Assembly: GCA_046563655.1 (NCBI GenBank)
Contig: CM102284.1
Location: 1,612,001-1,676,000 of the forward strand
Length of the DNA: 64,000 nt
Direction of reading: 5' to 3'
Source of the DNA: Yuukianura sp. NJ FZ-2021
Lineage: Eukaryota
The translations under genes and the position numbers were made by a program. Below, piece by piece: positions 61,130 through 64,000 of this stretch. Every line of letters begins with the position of its first letter. Positions within the stretch are counted from its first letter, which is position 1. The notes under the pieces were generated by a model. It did not search any database, was not told the origin of the DNA, and saw only the letters and a list, made by a program, of their open reading frames with translations.

Positions 61130-62911
61130 GGAGCTATTGGAATCTATGTCACAGACTAAACTCCGACGAAAGCAAAATCGAGTTGGTTTACCCGCCTTGT
61201 GAGTAAAAACTACAAAAATTCGAATTTCTAAGAGAAAAAATGAACTTTAAGCTCCAAGTTCCGTTTCGGCGGCAAAAATGTAGCCATGAGTACCTAGTAT
61301 AATCCTATTTTCTTTGGAATTCCTTTGTTTAAATAGCATTTGAAGAAGCGAGTTGTGATGAGAATGTTGTTGCCAAAGGTGAAATTAAAACCATCACAAA
61401 TGCTTTTTATGGTTTTTAATTAATGTTCACGAGCTCCTTTTCAAGGTGGATGTCCGATCCGTAGCGATGCAGTGTTGATTAGCTTGTTCAGTATTAATCA
61501 ATTCATGAATATCTCGGATCCCGGACAATACCGTATATTGCCAGTCTTATTCCGTTTATAACTTCGAGACTTTTGCATTCCAGTCACAAAAAATACAATA
61601 ATAAATTTGACGTAATTAAAACGTCGTGCATTGGGAATAGAAGGTTGATTAAAGCTTGCTAGAAGCAAAAAATCAACTTCAAAGTTATAATTCAACTCGA
61701 AGTTAGGCGGAAAGCTTCATAAAAAATTTCACCCGTAGTCGTCAATGTTGAAAAATAAGTAAATATAGACAAATTTTACTTTCTAAAGCATCGCCAAGAT
61801 AGCAAATTATAAAAGTAAACGATTCAAAATTCATCATATTGTTTAATAACAATAACCAATTTATCATTTTATATCTTATCAAGCGATTGAAAAACACTAC
61901 ACTCTCGTTAACCTGGCTGAAATTTTTTACTGCAGAGTATTTTCGGTTTTCGCAGTTTCAAAAATCCTAGCTTTGTTAGTATTTCCAAAACCGAGTATGT
62001 AATTCTAAATTCATTTCAATTCATACTTTTGGTACAATATCAGCATGAGTTCCGCGTAAGATTTAAACTCTGAATTTACAATTAAGTTCTACCCAAACCG
62101 TACCATTTGCCTTCCGATGCATTACTTTGTAATTTCTTATTATTAAATACAAACCAATTTTGTAATAGAAGCATCCGTTCAGACTATGTAAGGAACCAAC
62201 AAATGGCGGACCTCCATTATGTGCAGGAAATACTTTTGTCCAACATGAAAATAGCTTCAAACGGATTTCAAAACATCTGTGATGCAATGATAAAATCCAG
62301 AGTTCAACACAACAATTTAGTTCGAGAAGAGATTTTGGACAGCGCTAAGCTATTTCGAGAATTGGAAGAACTCAAAAATCTTATTCGCAAATCAAGTACT
62401 GGTTCCCAGTAAATTTCACCTTAACTAACAAGATAATCGACTAAATTTACTCCAATGGTAACATAGACTCCAAACTGTAAAAATTTAGCTTAGAAACATT
62501 CAGTAAAAATATTAAACGTAAAAAAACTTTTCCATTCATTTTTTGAATGAACCTTATGCGCTAGTCCGTAAATGTCAAATTCAAAAAAAAATTGTTTCAC
62601 AGAACATTCACCTCGAGTCACACCTTTTTAAAGTTGTTCAATTTCTGTAACTTTATTCTGAAGTTTCACATGTTGAATTTAAACATCAATGTAAGTGCTA
62701 ACATACATATTTAAATCATCTCATGTCATCTCGACCTGACATACCTCATGCAGCTAGTTCCTGTAATCGTTGTTGATTTAAGTAGATTATATTGAATCTT
62801 CATTAAGCACAATGTTGCATTCAAACTGTCGGTTTGTTCTCACCCTGCCCAGCAACGTACCTTAAATTCATTTTTGTGTCTACTTTGACATGGTTAAAAG
62901 CTTTGGTAGTT

Positions 62912-63287
62912 TTACAAAGCAATTAAAAGATCGATTATGGTAGAAACGACTATTTCTCCCCAAATAAATAAAATAAATTCCATGGATTCCGTGACACGTA
63001 ATGGCGTCATGGCTAGCCAAAACTTTTCTTCGTAGTTGGCCCTTTTTCGCGCTTGTCTTCTGGTAGCTCCAATGAATTCTTTTGACATTAGATGCTGATT
63101 GGTAGCGATGTGGAATATAATGTTAGTAGAAAGAATTGCTACAACATCAGCAACGCCAAGAGCAAATACAATCAGAAGTGGTATTGCAGCACTTCTAATC
63201 ATTACAAAAGTTAAGATAATAATAACAGCAGCTATGATGTTGGCAAACCAGATAGTAACTCCTAAACCGTAGGCTATATTGAATTCT
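62912..63287 (-). pseudogene. Truncated third chemoreceptor copy
   Basis: Only the 3' part remains, with an internal deletion (PLRVT|ESMEF); at ~63287 it joins directly to a copy of the paralog-B upstream region (61563-61730). Confidence 0.8.
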
Positions 63288-63579
63288 TCGAGACTTTTGC
63301 ATTCCAGTCACAAAAAATACATTAATAAATTTGACGTAATTAAAACGTCGTGCAATGGGAATAGAAGGTTGATTAAAGCTTGCTAGAAGCAAAAAATCAA
63401 CTTCAAAGTTATAATTCAACTCGAAGTTAGGCGAAAGCTTCATAAAAAATTTCACTGTCTCAAATCATTTCAATGAAAGTAGGTAATAACTTTAGTACTA
63501 AAAACCAACCATTTTGAAAACAAAATTATGAGAAATGAAACTTTCTTTAATAAGCTGCCTTAAGAAAAAGTTGTTGCAT

Positions 63580-64000
63580 TTATTCATCTTCTTCGCTTTC
63601 AGTGGTTTCAAGTTCTTCAGAATCGGTTTCCGACATTGATGATTCCTCATAAGTTTCAGGGAATGGAGGTGAAGCGACTCCCGGGTTTACGCTTGAAATC
63701 AACGGTAATGATTGCGGTCTGAGCTGATTGGAGGGAAAGACGCCTGGAGTAGACAACCTTGGACCAAGATACTCTAAAACAAAATATCAAAAGAAAAAAT
63801 TAAAAATCAGTCCTATCAGTACGTTTTGTTAGTTGAGGGTCATGGCGAGGTTTTTTTTTACGCCTTTGAACAAATCTTGGAGACTGCATTCCTGGAGGCA
63901 TTGATGGCGGCATCATTCCTGGAGGTGGTGCTGGTGCTGGTGCTTGTAAGTAAGACCGCGGTGCAAAATGTCGTGCTCTCATTGCATATTCCGGTCTAAC
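63580..64000 (-). CDS. 3' end of a Pro-rich protein with acidic tail (gene continues beyond window)
   Basis: APAPAPPPGMMPPSMPPG exon splices to YLGPRLSTPGVFPSNQLRPQ...EELETTESEEDE*. Confidence 0.6.

Noticed and set aside
62107-62412. 101-aa ORF with possible coiled coil
   Set aside because: Near-cognate start, no motif or splice evidence; insufficient support.
1-64000. Bacterial or fungal contamination as the source of the microbial-like genes
   Set aside because: Those genes share host-like composition, several have spliceosomal introns and host MITE insertions, and they are interleaved with arthropod-type genes.

Overview
AT-rich, gene-dense eukaryotic DNA with short GT-AG introns and one 100-N scaffold gap (25594-25693). 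The gene content suggests a hexapod, probably a springtail; this is inferred from a divergent intronless ionotropic receptor, lineage-type 7TM chemoreceptors and a ZAD zinc-finger gene. About 25 protein-coding genes can be reconstructed by hand, several of them absent or fragmented in the ORF track. Conventional genes include a VASt/Aster-like lipid-transfer protein, SZRD1, ZAD-C2H2 and an atlastin/GBP-family GTPase. The window is rich in microbial-looking enzymes: a bacterial-type GNAT, two tandem microbial-type class I terpene synthase-fold genes with mitochondrial-like presequences and rewired metal motifs, two Dcr2/PAP-type metallophosphoesterases, a bicovalent-FAD BBE-like oxidase and a fungal-like SET protein. 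Unusual architectures are a LabA/DUF88-type NYN nuclease-RRM-CCCH-CCHC fusion, an astacin-DM9 fusion, a secreted catalytically dead prolyl oligopeptidase, a 70-aa stand-alone DnaJ zinc finger, a double-Kazal family and mucin-stalk mini-proteins ending in VVRG. Non-coding elements include a foldback family with shared asymmetric ends and a shared central hairpin but different repeat arms, several MITEs with clear TSDs, a solo LTR, and nested local duplications. All family assignments come from motif recognition; no database search was run.
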